64,000 nucleotides of DNA. Origin: Heteronotia binoei. Taxonomy: Eukaryota. The position numbers were made by a program, and so were the translations under genes. Location: NCBI RefSeq assembly GCF_032191835.1, contig NC_083239.1:52886001-52950000 (forward strand), given 5' to 3'. The first letter of the stretch is position 1; each line of letters begins with the position of its first letter. Positions 33,373 through 45,110 of the stretch are shown here, piece after piece. Below the pieces are notes generated by a model. The model was not told where the DNA came from, searched no databases, and saw only the letters and a list, made by a program, of their open reading frames with translations.

Positions 33373-35264
33373 CTGAGAAGGGCGAAGAAGAGGCATCTCA
33401 CAGGCAGGGAACTTTACCGTCCAGTGCCAGCCAGCGTTCCCTCTCAGCTGAGTTAGCGTGAGGCGGCTCACAGATTTTTAGCCTCCCGCTCACACATTGT
33501 TGTCCTAGCTCAGGAAGGAGGACCCCAGAGCACACACACTGAAGCAGCAGCTCACAACTTTAATGCCAGCAGCTCACAAAGTAGAACTTTTTCCTCACAA
33601 GACTTCTACAGCTTAGAGGTACCATTGGCGCCAAGTACACTCACTCAAACACAGTTCCACCCAGGTCAATGGGACTTGCCTCCTAGGACGAACGCTGAGG
33701 CCTAGAGCCTTAGTTTTGCCTTCCAGAGGTCCACTCGTTTTGCAAATGAGAGACAAACTCACAATCCTTGTCTGAGTCTTGGATTCCAATCCTGCTGAAA
33801 CTGGCCTTGGACTCTGCAGTATCGGGCAAGCGAGGCCTGCTTCGCTGGGTGCCCAAGCAGGCCTCACTCACCTGGGGCTTTCCTTGGCCACCCACTCCCA
33901 CAGTCAAAAGGCCAGCAAGCCCAAAATCACATAAGAAATGGTGTGGTGTGGAATTGTTTTCTGTGGTCCCAGAAGGTCAGACCAGAACCAATGGGTTGAA
34001 ACTGAATCAAAAGAGTTTCCGGCTCAACGTTAGGAAGAACTTCCTGACCGTTAGAGCGATTCCTCAGTGGAACAGGCTTCCTCCTCGGGAGGTGGTGGGC
34101 TCTCCTTCCTTGGAGGTTTTTACACAGAGGCTAGATGGCCATCTGACAGCAACAAGGATCCTGTGGATTTAGGGGGAGGTGTTTGCGGGTTTCCTGCATT
34201 GTGCAGAGGGTTGGACTAGATGACCATGGAGGTTCCTTCCAACTCTGCGATTCTAAGAGGAAAAAGGGTGGTGCGGGCTTCTCCAGGGGTTAATGAGGGC
34301 TGCTGGGGGCGTAGCAAAGCCCTTGGTGGCTGGCTGCCCGCTCTCCAAATCCAGAGATTGTTATGCAGCTGCACCTCCTATTCAGTGGACAAGGGAGGTG
34401 GGGAGGAGGAGGGGGAACCCTCAGAAAGGTTCAGGAGCTGTGCTCCTGTGAGCTCCTGCTGAATCCGAGGCCTGGTTCCAAGTCCAAAGATACTGTGAGG
34501 CAAAGCAGCCCTGGCTTCCTCTCAAGGGCTAACGTGAATAGTAACAGGCCTGCAGGTGCTATTCATTGGTCTTTGGGTCTACACAGCCCTTCTCATCTTC
34601 AAGGCCAAAGTAGTTAGCATTTCATGAGAACCTGCGATCCATGTGATGGGGGGTGGGGCCGGGGAAGCCAGAGGCGATGAGGCAATTTTCTAGAGGGTTC
34701 TACTGGAGATGTGCCCTGACTGGACGTCCTCTTCGCCGGATGAACAAGGCCCAGAATCTATAATTAAGCTAAAGAAGAACTAGCTTGGATTTTGACGGAC
34801 TAGAGGCCCGAAATAAGACTGAAATTGCTAGAAATGGAGACAATGCCTGACTTTTGGTCTTTTTGACCCCGGAATTTAAGGTTTGTGCTGTCTCACGCAG
34901 GTTCTTAAAAGAAGAAGATGATGATGAAGAAGATATTGGATTTATATCTCGCCCTCCACTCCGAAGAGTCTCAGAGCGGCACACAATCTCCTTTACCTTC
35001 CTCCCCCACAACAGACACCCTGTGAGGTGGGTGGGCTGAGAGAGCTTTCACAGCAGCTGCCCTTTCAAGGACAACCTCTGCCAGAGCTATGGCTGACCCA
35101 AGGACATTGCAGCAGCTGCAAGTGGAGGAGTGGGGAATCAAACCCGGTTCTCACAGATAAGAGTCCGCACACTTAACCACTACACCAAACTGGCTCTCCA
35201 ATGTTAAGACAGTCAAGCAAGTTTTCTTTTGCTGTGTGATCACAGAGTAATGTGCTGCATGTAG

Positions 35265-36282
35265 GAGAGCCAGTTTGGTGTGGTGGTGAAGTGCGCAGAC
35301 TCTTATCAGGGAGAACCGGGTTTGATTCCCCACTCCTCCACTTGCAGCTGCTGGGATGGCCTTGGGTCAGCCATAGCTCTGGCAGACGTTGTCCTTGAAG
35401 GGCAGCTGCTGTGAGAGCCCTCTCAGCCCCACCCACCTCACAGGGGGTCTGTTGTGGGGAGGGGAGGTAAAGGAGTTTGTGAGCCGCTCTGAGACTCTTC
35501 GGAGTGGAGGGCGGGATATAAATCCAATATCTTCATCTACCTCACAGGGGGTCTGTTGTGGGGGAGGAAGGGAAAGGAGATTGTGAGCCGCTCTGAGACT
35601 CTTTGGAGTGGAGGCCGGGATATAAATCCAGTATCTTCATCTACCTCACCGGGGGTCTTTTGTGGGTGGGGAAGGTTAAGGAGATTGTGAGCCGCTCTGA
35701 GACTCTTTGGAGTGGAGGGCGGGATATAAATCCAGTATCTTCATCTACCACACAGGGTGTCTTTTGTGGGGGGGGGGGGAAGGTAAAGGAGATTATGAGC
35801 CGCTCTGAGACTCTTTGGAGTGAAGGACGGGATATAAATCCAGTATCTTCATCTACCTCACAGGGTGTCTGTTGTGGGGGAGGAAGGTAAAGGAGATTAT
35901 GAGCCGCTCTTCGGCTCTTCGGAGTGGAGGGCGGGATATAAATCCAATATCTTCATCTACCTCACAGGGTGTCTGTTGTGGGGGAGGAAGGTAAAGGAGA
36001 TGGTGAGCCGCTCTGAGACTCTTCGGAGTGGAGGGCGGGATATAAATCCAATATCTTCATCTACCTCACAGGGTGTCTGTTGTGGGGGAGGAAGGTAAAG
36101 GAGATGGTGAGCCGCTCTGAGACTCTTCGGAGTGGAGGGCGGGATATAAATCCAATATCTTCATCTACCTCACAGGGTGTCTGTTGTGGGGGAGGAAGGG
36201 AAAGGAGATTGTGAGCCGCTCTGAGACTCTTCGGAGTGGAGGGTGGGATATAAATCCAATATCTTCATCATTTTCTTCTTCA
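35265..36282 (+). repeat. Squam3-like SINE whose 3' 104 bp is repeated 8 times
   Basis: ctacc(t/a)cac at 35537, 35641, 35745, 35853, 35957, 36061 and 36165. Confidence 0.9.
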
Positions 36283-36506
36283 TCTAATTCTTTATTTGAC
36301 TGGTATTTAATAAACTTCATAAAGTATTTTTTAAAACAAGGAAAAAGTCTGGTTATTTGTGTGCCACAAGCCACGGGGGACCGTGGGCTTCAGCCTACGA
36401 CTCCTTGACAGACGGCTAGTTCAAGGCAATTTGAGTATTTCCCCCACTGCTTTCTACGGACCTTTTTCAATACCCCACGGATGGGTAGCGGCAGGGGAGC
36501 ACTCAC

Positions 36507-36698
36507 CAGTGTACATCACCGTCCCGCGTTTGTTCGGCTGCCCAGCCACCCGCACTTCACACCTGGATCCCACGGGGATAGCCTCGGCCAGGGCCTTCTC
36601 TTCCGCCAGCTTCTCCTTCTGCTCGGCTTCTTTCTTCACCATATCTTCCTCGTTGTACTGCCCCAGTTTATTGCGTTTCAGGAAGGAACGGGCAGAAT
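36507..36698 (-). CDS. TBCB: TBCB exon 4
   Basis: (D)[63 protein letters not shown](G), 192 nt, phase 1-1. Confidence 0.97.
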
Positions 36699-36884
36699 CT
36701 GTGGACCAGAGAGAACACATCTTAGACTGACCCCCGACTGTCATCAAAGTCAATAGTGTCTACTCCAGGGGTGTCAAACATGCATCCTGGGGGCCGAATC
36801 AGGCCTCTGAGCAACTGGCTGTCGTCTGCTTCCTTCTTCCCCTCTCTTGCTTCCTTCTGGATCACACCTTGCTTTGCCAGGCTT

Positions 36885-38595
36885 GCTCCTTTCCCTTCCT
36901 CCCCCACAACAGACACCCTGTGAGGTGGGTGGGGCTGGAGAGGGCTCTCACAGCAGCTGCCCTTTCAAGGACAACCTCTGCCAGAGCTATGGCTAACCCC
37001 AGGCCATGCCAGCAGCTGCAAGTGGAGGAGTGGGGAATCAAACCCGGTTCTCCCAGTTAAGAGAGCTCTGGCTGACCCAAAGCCATTCCAGCAGCTGCAA
37101 TTGGAGGAGTGGGGAATCCAACCCGGTTCTCCCAGATAAGAGAGCTCTGGCTGACCCAAGGCCATTCCAGCAGGTGCAAGTGGAGGAGTGGGGAATCAAA
37201 CCCATTTCTCCCAGATAAGAGAGCTATGGCTGGCCCAAGGCCATTCCAGCAGCTGCAAGCAGAGGAGTGGGGAATCAAACCTGGTTCTCCCATATAAGAG
37301 AGCTCTGGCTGACCCAAGGCCGTTCCAGCAGCTGCAAGTGGAGGAGTGGGGAATCCAACCCGGTTCTCCCAGTTAAGAGAGCTCTGGCTGACCCAAGGCC
37401 ATTCCAGCAGCTGCAAGTGGAGGAGTGGGGAATCCAACCCGGTTCTCCCAGATAAGAGAGCTCTGGCTGACCCAAGGCCATTCCAGCAGCTGCAAGTGGA
37501 GGAGTGGGGAATCCAACCCGGTTCTCCCAGATAAGAGAGCTCTGGCTGACCCAAGGCCTTCCAGCAGCTGCAAGCGGAGGAGTGGGGAATCAAACCCGGT
37601 TCTCCGAGATAAGAGAGCTCTGGCTGACCCAAGGCCATTCCAGCAGCTGCAAGTGGAGGAGTGGGGAATCCAACCCGGTTCTCCGAGATAAGAGAGCTCT
37701 GGCTGACCCAAGGCCATTCCAGCAGCTGCAAGTGGAGGAGTGGGGAATCCAACCCGGTTCTCCCAGATAAGAGAGCTCTGGCTGACCCAAGGCCTTCCAG
37801 CAGCTGCAAGCGGAGGAGTGGGGAATCAAACCCGGTTCTCCGAGATAAGAGAGCTCTGGCTGACCCAAGGCCATTCCAGCAGCTGCAAGTGGAGGAGTGG
37901 GGAATCCAACCCGGTTCTCCCAGATAAGAGAGCTCTGGCTGACCCAAGGCCATTCCAGCAGCTGCAAGTGGAGGAGTGGGGAATCCAACCCGGTTCTCCG
38001 AGATAAGAGAGCTCTGGCTGACCCAAGGCCATCCCAGCAGCTGCAAGCGGAGGAGTGGGGAATCAAACCCTGTTCTCCCAGATAAGAGAGCTACGGCTGA
38101 CCCAAGGCCATTCCAGCAGCTGCAAGCAGAGGAGTGGGGAATCAAACCCGGTTCTCCCAGATAAGAGAGCTCTGGCTGACCCAAGGCCATTCCAGCAGCT
38201 GCAAGTGGAGGAGTGGGGAATCCAACCCGGTTCTCCCAGATAAGAGAGCTCTGGCTGACCCAAGGCCATTCCAGCAGCTGCAATTGGAGGAGTGGGGAAT
38301 CCAACCCGGTTCTCCCAGATAAGAGAGCTCTGGCTGACCCAAGGCCATCCCAGCAGCTGCAAGTGGAGCAGCGGGGAATCAAACCCGGTTCTCCCAGATA
38401 AGAGAGCTCTGGCTGACCCAAGGCCATTCCAGCAGGTGCAAGTGGAGGAGTGGGGAATCCAACCCGGTTCTCCCAGATAAGAGAGCTCTGGCTGACCCAA
38501 GGCCATCCCAGCAGCTGCAAGTGGAGCAGCGGGGAATCAAACCCGGTTCTCCCAGATAAGAGTCTGCACACAACCACTACACCAAACTGGCTGAA
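36885..38595 (-). repeat. Squam3-like SINE expanded into 20 x 79-bp units
   Basis: gtggggaat (or its variant gcggggaat) at 79-bp spacing from 37030 to 38529, with two 78-bp steps. Intact SINE head (accactacaccaaactggct) at the right end and tail part at the left end. Confidence 0.92.
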
Positions 38596-39125
38596 GGATA
38601 GATCCAGGTGGGCAGCTGCGTTGGCCTGAAGCAGTAGAACAAAGTAAGAGTCAAGTACCACCTCTAAGAGATGGCGAGGGTACACGGGGGGGGGAGGAAG
38701 GAGAGAGGAGGGAAAAGGGGGGAGGAGGAAGCAGTGAGGCTGCACCGGGGGGGGGGCGCGAGGGAGGAGGAAAATGGGGGAGGAAAACAGGAGGGAGGTG
38801 GCGCTGCGGGGTGAGGGGGAGGCCGAATTGGGTCCTTCCACCCTGCAATCAGCAGGTGGGCCCTGGAGCCGGTCCCTGGGGCCAAAAAGGTTGAGGACCA
38901 CTGGCATAGGGGGTTGGACTAGATGACCCCGGAGATCCCTTCCAACTCTGTGATTCCAGGGAGGGCAGCATCAGTGATTAGTTCTTGTGGACCCTTCTTA
39001 CACACCCAGGGAAATGCTGCTTGCCAGTTTGGGGGCCAGGAAACGATTTTTCTCCAGGCCAGTTTGGCCCGGGATCCTGGATGGTTTATTGCCATCATCG
39101 GGGCATGGAGCAGGGGTCTGTGGGG

Positions 39126-39157
<32 letters not shown>

Positions 39158-39239
39158 TGGTGGGGGAGGTATTTGTGAATTTCCTGCATTGTGGAGCCCT
39201 ATTACCTGTGCAGATAAGCCCTCTAGCTATATGTGAAGG

Positions 39240-39690
39240 TTGAAGAGGTTCTGTTCCACCGTATCTGAAGAAGTGTGCTTGCGCAGGAGAGCTGATACTT
39301 CACAGAAGACTCTGCTGAAGTCAAGTGGCACCTTTAAGACCAACCAAGCTTTATGCAAGCTTTCGTGTGCTCTAAGCATACTTAATCAGACAAGGAATCG
39401 GGTATAGTTGGGAACCACATGTTCTCAACAGGGCTTAAGAGAAGAACAACCGAGATTGCGTTTTATAACCTGGCATAGAGAGCTACTCACTATACCCGAT
39501 TCCTCCTCTGACGAAGTGTGCTTAGAGCACACGGAAGCTTGCGTTCTGAATAAAACTTGGTTGTTCTTAAAGGTTCCACTTGAGTTCTACTTTGTTCGGC
39601 TGCTTCAGACCAACACGGGGCACGCTTGGATCCATCTGGAAGACTCTGCTGGTCTTAAAAGGTGTCACTGTACTCAAGACTTTGCTCTGC
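39240..39690. mobile_element. Penelope-like element pseudo-LTR fragments in inverted arrangement
   Basis: ctga(t/c)gaagtgtgcttagagcacacg(a/g)aagctt..aataaaacttggttg..cttaaagg motif occurs on both strands. Confidence 0.65.
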
Positions 39691-40425
39691 TCTCTAAAAT
39701 AGCTCAGGTTTGCATCGTTTGGGTGGAAAGGCAGCCGGTAAAAAATGTTTTAAATTGAAAAAATTAGTAGCTGCATCAATAACAAAGGACATTTCATATC
39801 TGTGAGATGTGAGGACAGGAAGCTTTGCCAAAACCTGGAATGTATGCGTCAGGTTGGGAAGCCTGAGGCAGGCAGGAAAAGGTCTATCGCAGGGGTGGCC
39901 AAACTGTGGCTCGGGAGCCACACGCGACTCTTTCACACGTCTTATGCAGCTCCCAGAGGCCAAGCAGGAACTTAATGCAGACTTTCTCTCAAGCCTGCCC
40001 TATGCCGGTCTTATGGGGACTGTTATTCCCAGCTTTCGTTCTTTAAAACATCTCCTCTTAATATGGTTGTGTTATACAGTGCATACATTTATGTTTTATC
40101 TTGCTATGCAAAGCAAGTATTAAGAGTTTTCATAAAGACCTGCGTGCGATATTGGTTCAAATCTTGCGGCTCTCAAACGTCTTGACGTTTTATTTTGCGT
40201 GGCTCTTAGATTAATTGAGTGTGGTCACCCCTGGTCTATCCATTATGACTGGGCAGTCTAGCTTCCCTTGAGACAGTTTCAGACGCAACTGAATCCACAG
40301 CCAAAGTACCGTTGAGTCCTTAGCAAAATAAACCCACGGCCACTTTTCGGGAACGAGTAACCCAATACTCCCAGTCGATGGGCAGAACATTTTCTGGCAT
40401 TCGGGTGGGTTCTCTCCAGCCTCAC

Positions 40426-40522
40426 CTGTTCTTTTCTCATATTCGGAATCAGGAATCTGGAACTTCTCGATCCTCGACACGTCTTCGTATTCCCCAAGCT
40501 GGGCGCCGCTCCGGTCAATCAC
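40426..40522 (-). CDS. TBCB: TBCB exon 3
   Basis: VIDRSGAQLGEYEDVSRIEKFQIPDSEYEKRT, 97 nt, flanked by ag| and |gtgagg. Confidence 0.97.
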
Positions 40523-40589
40523 CTGCAGGGCCCAAAGCAAGAGAACTCTGCCTCACCTGCCTGCCGTTTCTGTCACAGAAGTCATCAAG

Positions 40590-41020
40590 ACAAGCTTTTT
40601 CAATGTCACCATTACGCTGGAAAGGATGTGGGAAGGTGGGGTCGTTTATTCACTGTCGGTGGGAATGCAAGATTATACAAATATTCTGGCAACAGGCGAT
40701 TGCCAACATTAAAGACCACACTGGATATACAGTCCCGGGGAATCCAGAGAATTTATTCCTAAATTTTTGGAAAGAAAGCTCAATTCCACATATTAGAAAA
40801 GACCTTATCACTATATTGTTATCTGCTGCAAAAACGTCAGTTGCGTCCCGCTGGAAGAAAGAAGACCCCCCCCCCATGCTTAAAGACTGGTTCAGAAAAA
40901 TTTGGACTTATTAATGGACAAAATAGCAGATATTATAAAAACCACGGACGCCTCAACCCAACATCCCGACTACCATGCTCGGTGGCTCCCCCTACTGGAA
41001 AATATTGATGAACTTTTGGA
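40590..41020 (+). mobile_element. L1-clade ORF2 C-terminal fragment
   Basis: WKGCGKVGSFIHCRWECKIIQIFW and LLSAAKTSVASRWKKEDPP..DW. Confidence 0.75.
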
Positions 41021-42159
41021 AAATTAAAAAGACAAAGGTAGTCCCTTGTGCAAGCACCAGTCGTTTCCGACTCTGGGGTGACGTCGCTTTCACAGTTTTC
41101 ACGGCAGACTTTTTACAGGATGGTTTGCCCTTGCCTTCCCCAGCCATCTCCACTTTCCTCCCCAGCAAGCTGGGTGCTCATTTGACCAACCTCGGAAGGA
41201 TGGAAGGCTGAGTCAACCTGGAGCCAGCTACCTGAACCAGCTTCCGCTGGGATCGAACTCAGGTCATGAGCAGAGGGCTCCGACTGCAGTACTGCAGCTT
41301 TGCCGCTCTGTGCCACGGGGCAATTGGAAAATTACAAACCTTCAAACTTTCAATTTCCCCATTTTTTTTAAAGCCAGCTGGTTACTCTGATCCCGGCTGG
41401 ACATATAGTTGGACACAAGCAGTCGGCAAGAATCTGTAAATGGTATGTTTATGGTATGTTTTCATTTGAATTATTTGTTTTGTTATTGAAATAAGAAAAT
41501 TCCGAAAATTAATAAAAATGTGTTATGAAAACACACACACACACACACACAAGCTTTTTCATCAGCTGGTTATGCTAGAGCATGGGACCACGGCCTTGAA
41601 AAGAACTCTTCCCCACAGTTATGATCCTCATTGGAGGCCCCGCTGTGCTTCCTTTCAAAGGAGGAGGTCGTGAGCAGAGAGTTCAGATCACAGTATTGCT
41701 GCTTTACCACTCTGCGCCACGGGGCCGCTGGCTTAAGATAAGAGCCACGCAGAATAAATGTCAGATGTTTGAGAGCTGCAAGACATGAAGATCAAACGTC
41801 TGAGAGCTGCAAGACGTGATTGTCAGATGTCGGGAGGGAGGGAGGAAAATAGATGGGGAGGGAAAGAAAGCAACTTTAACATATTGTGTGGCTCTCAAAG
41901 CCCCCACCGCTCCACTGGCCGGCTTGGAGAATTCATTTAAAATAAAAGCTGCTTTCTACCCACCTCTCCCTCCCTTCCCCCATCTTCCTTCTTTCCTTCT
42001 TTGCAGCTCTCAAACATCTGACGTTTATTCTATGTGGCTCTTACCTTAAGCCAAGTTTGGCCACCCCTGGCCTCAAGGAATTCCTGGGCCAGGCCATCAC
42101 CCCAAGAAATTCTGGCCCAGCTTTCTGTCGTCCCGGAAGAGGCGCAGTTCAACACTCAC

Positions 42160-42303
42160 ATGGATCCTGCACCCGTCGTCGATGGGGTAAGAGCCCAGCA
42201 AGGCCTCGTCGCTGTCCAGTTTCATCACAAATTTGTCGTCTGGCGTATAGAGCTCCAAGTCCATGCATGAGGCCGGACTCCCCACCACCAGCTCCAACTT
42301 ACA
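42160..42303 (-). CDS. TBCB: TBCB exon 2 (ubiquitin-like domain)
   Basis: [48 protein letters not shown], 144 nt, flanked by ag| and |gtgagt. Confidence 0.97.
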
Positions 42304-42319
42304 CTGTTGACAGAGAGGC

Positions 42320-43245
42320 AGGATAGAGGTTTACAAGATGATGCACGGGATAGAGAACGAAGTCCTTTTCTCCCTTTCTCACAATACGAGAACTCGTGGA
42401 CACTCAATGAAACTGCTGAGCAGTCGGGTTAGAACGGATCAAAGGAAGTCCTTCTTCATACAAAGAGTGAAGATTAACACGTGGGATTCACTACCACATG
42501 AGGTGGTGGTGGCTGCAAGCACAGACGGCTTCAAGAGGGGATTGGATAAGCAAATGGAGCAGAGGTCCATCAGTGGCTATTAGCCACAGCTTATTGTTGG
42601 AACTCTCTGGGGCAGTGATGCTCTATATTCTGGGTGCCTGGGGGGCACAGTGGGAGGGCTTATAGTGTCCTGGCCCCACTGATGGAGCTCCTGATGGCAC
42701 CTGGGTTTTTTTAGCCACTGTGTGACAGAGTGTTGGACTGCTTGGGCCACTGGCCTGATCCAACATGGCTCCTCTTATGTTTTTATATGACACAGAGTGT
42801 TGGACTGGATGGGCCATTGGCCTGATCCAACATGGCTTCTCTTATGTTATGTGACACAGAGTGTTGGACTGGATGGGCCATTGGCCTGATCCAACATGGC
42901 TCCTCTTATGTTCTTCTGTGACACAGAGTGTTGGACTGGATGGGCCATTGGCCTGATCCAACATGGCTTCTCTTATGTTCTTATGTGACACAGAGTGTTG
43001 GACCGGATGGGCCATTGGCCTGATCCAACATGGCTTCTCTTATGTTCTTATGTGACACAGAGTGTTGGACTGGATGGGCCATTGGCCGGATCCAACATGG
43101 CTTCTCTTATGTGACACAGAGTGTTGGACTGCATGGGCCATTGGCCATATCCAACATGGCTCCTCTTATGTTCTTCTGTGACACAGAGTGTTGGACTGGA
43201 TGGGCCATTGGCCCGATCAAACATGGCTTCTCTTATGTTCTTATA
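42320..43245 (+). repeat. CR1 3' end with about 8 tandem copies of the same 60-67 bp terminal unit as at 16.3 kb
   Basis: RTRGHSMKLLSSRV..QRSISGY followed by repeated gtgacacagagtgttggactggatgggccattgg. Confidence 0.9.
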
Positions 43246-44834
43246 ATTTAACGAAACAGTCAAGAGCCATGCAAACATCTCTCTTCTCTTGCCCCGCTCG
43301 ACAGGAACAGCAGAAGCAAACTACCGCTGGGCATGTGCAAGCCCCGCAGCAGAAGGGGTGCATCCGACAGTCAAAAGCCAGTGCTGGAGCACCACAATGC
43401 ATTGGCTCTCACGTGGTGCGCCACAACCCAGGAGTGAGTTCTGAGGCCAGGAGGCTTGGGGGTGAGGGAGTCTCAACCCATTGTGTCTCCATCTCCAAAA
43501 TTTCACCCTCGTTCCTCTCTGCTGGAAGAAATTAAGGTGGGGAACACCAGGCCAGTATTTGGCACAAAGTCACGTGCCGCAACCAGGGAGAGGGGGGCAC
43601 ACTCAGCGAGAAAGAACTAGCTGGGAGGCGCTTATGCAACTGGAGGCCAGCCGCCAACTGTCAAGCCACAATTAATCCCAGGCACAACAGCACACAAAAA
43701 GGTTTTCTGTTTGCAGGGAAACTGCAGCTCAAAATGGGGGCCGGCGATGCTCCGCCGCACATGGAGGAAAGAGGCGCATGCCAAAACGAGCAGGAAAGCA
43801 GGGAGGCAAACACACCCCTCTCCAACAAAGGATGGGGCGTACGGAGAAGCAAGCCCGTAATTTGGAGCAAGCCTGGGATCAAGCCCGAGACGGACGGCTA
43901 GCAGACAGCCGCAGCTTCCTACGCAGCAGAAAAGCAAAGCGAATCCAACAGTGCCATCTGCAGAAACGCCCCGCGAGTGTAACAGATCCACATGGCCGCC
44001 AGTGTGCCACGCAGTTCTCAATTGAGCCGTTCTGCGCAAAAACTCAAAGCTGTGCCCTGGCATCCAAAGCGGGCAGGGGGTCCCTTTTTCTTCTTTCTTT
44101 CAAGGGACGCCTTCTCTTTAGTGTCGGATGGACAGCGTGGAAGTTGACCTGCCACACAAACACAGCCACTGGCAACGAACGGGGCTACAGTTCTGTCTTT
44201 CCCCACCTTTGGGCACATTCCAACGTACAGACGCTGGCAGTATTGCCACTTTGACGTGGCAAGGGGTGCCCTCCAACATACAACCAGCTTAGGATGACAT
44301 CCATCGTAATGTTCAGTCCCTTGCCAGCATCCTTAGTGGCTGCTGACACCACACCGTGCCACACAGCAGGGCAGAACAACAGGGTAAGCAAGCATGAAAC
44401 CTAAGCCACTGCGCGTGACTGGAATCCAAGCCCTGCTTTGATTTCAGACTCAGCAACACAGTCATTTTCCTCAGAAGGGACCTTCGCACAACCACAGCCA
44501 AGGCAGAGCGGGTGCCGCACAAGACGGTGCTAACTCAGCACCGAACCTTTAGCTTTCGTTTAAAAATAAACCGCACATGCGTCCAGTCCTCATGGCTAGG
44601 GAAGCAGCAGCCTGAATCAGCAATACAAAACGAGGGGAGGGGCAGTGGACCAGTGGGAGAGCGTCTGCTCAACATGCAGAAGGTCCCAGGTTCAATCCCC
44701 AGCATCGTTAGTTTTTTAAAAAGGCCGTGCTGCACTGTACGTGATGGGAAAGAGCTCTCCACCTGAGACCCTGGAGTCTGAGCAGACGATACTGACGCTA
44801 CGGGGAGAACGGTCTGATTCAGTATAAGATCCAA

Positions 44835-45110
44835 GCGGGCAGCCGTATTGGTCTGAAGCAGTTGAACAAAGCAGGAGTCAAGTGGCCCCTTTAAGCCCAA
44901 CCAATTTTTATTGAGAACGTAAGCTTTCGTGTGCTCTTAAGCACACTTCATCAGACGAGGAATCCAGCACAGTGAGCAAAGCCGTACATAGCTGAGCAGA
45001 GCCATACAGAGCTGGTAGGCAGTGGCCCAGAATGCAACATGGTACAGATTGAAGAACCGATGACAGTGAAGTCAAATTATCTGGTAGGCAGTGGCCCAGA
45101 ATGTAACTGA
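44835..45110 (-). mobile_element. Penelope-like element fragment; same family at 48675-49030 and 50930-51340, degraded copy at 57270-57370
   Basis: Shared gagcagagccatacagagctggt..catggtacagatt and the pseudo-LTR motif. Confidence 0.6.
44918..44957 (-). ncRNA. Minimal type I hammerhead ribozyme motif in a Penelope-like element fragment
   Basis: Minus strand reads CGU-CUGAUGA-A-GUGUGCU(UAAG)AGCACAC-GAAA-GC-UU-ACG: intact core, 7-bp helix II, palindromic AGCU in place of helix III, CGU/ACG helix I. Confidence 0.65.

Noticed and set aside
38660-38895. Purine-rich G-tract region as a regulatory element
   Set aside because: It is the low-complexity interior of an hAT-type fragment ending in aaaaaggttgaggaccactg.
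37057-38907. 616-aa ORF on the minus strand and about 25 overlapping 62-88 aa ORFs
   Set aside because: They are translations of the 79-bp SINE-derived array: the unit happens to lack stops in some frames and 79 is not a multiple of 3, so the frame cycles. No protein-like composition or splice support.
43632-44254. Overlapping 143-aa (minus) and 158-aa (plus) ORFs as a nested gene or viral insert
   Set aside because: No recognisable domain, no splice or Kozak support, and lengths are within chance for GC-rich sequence.
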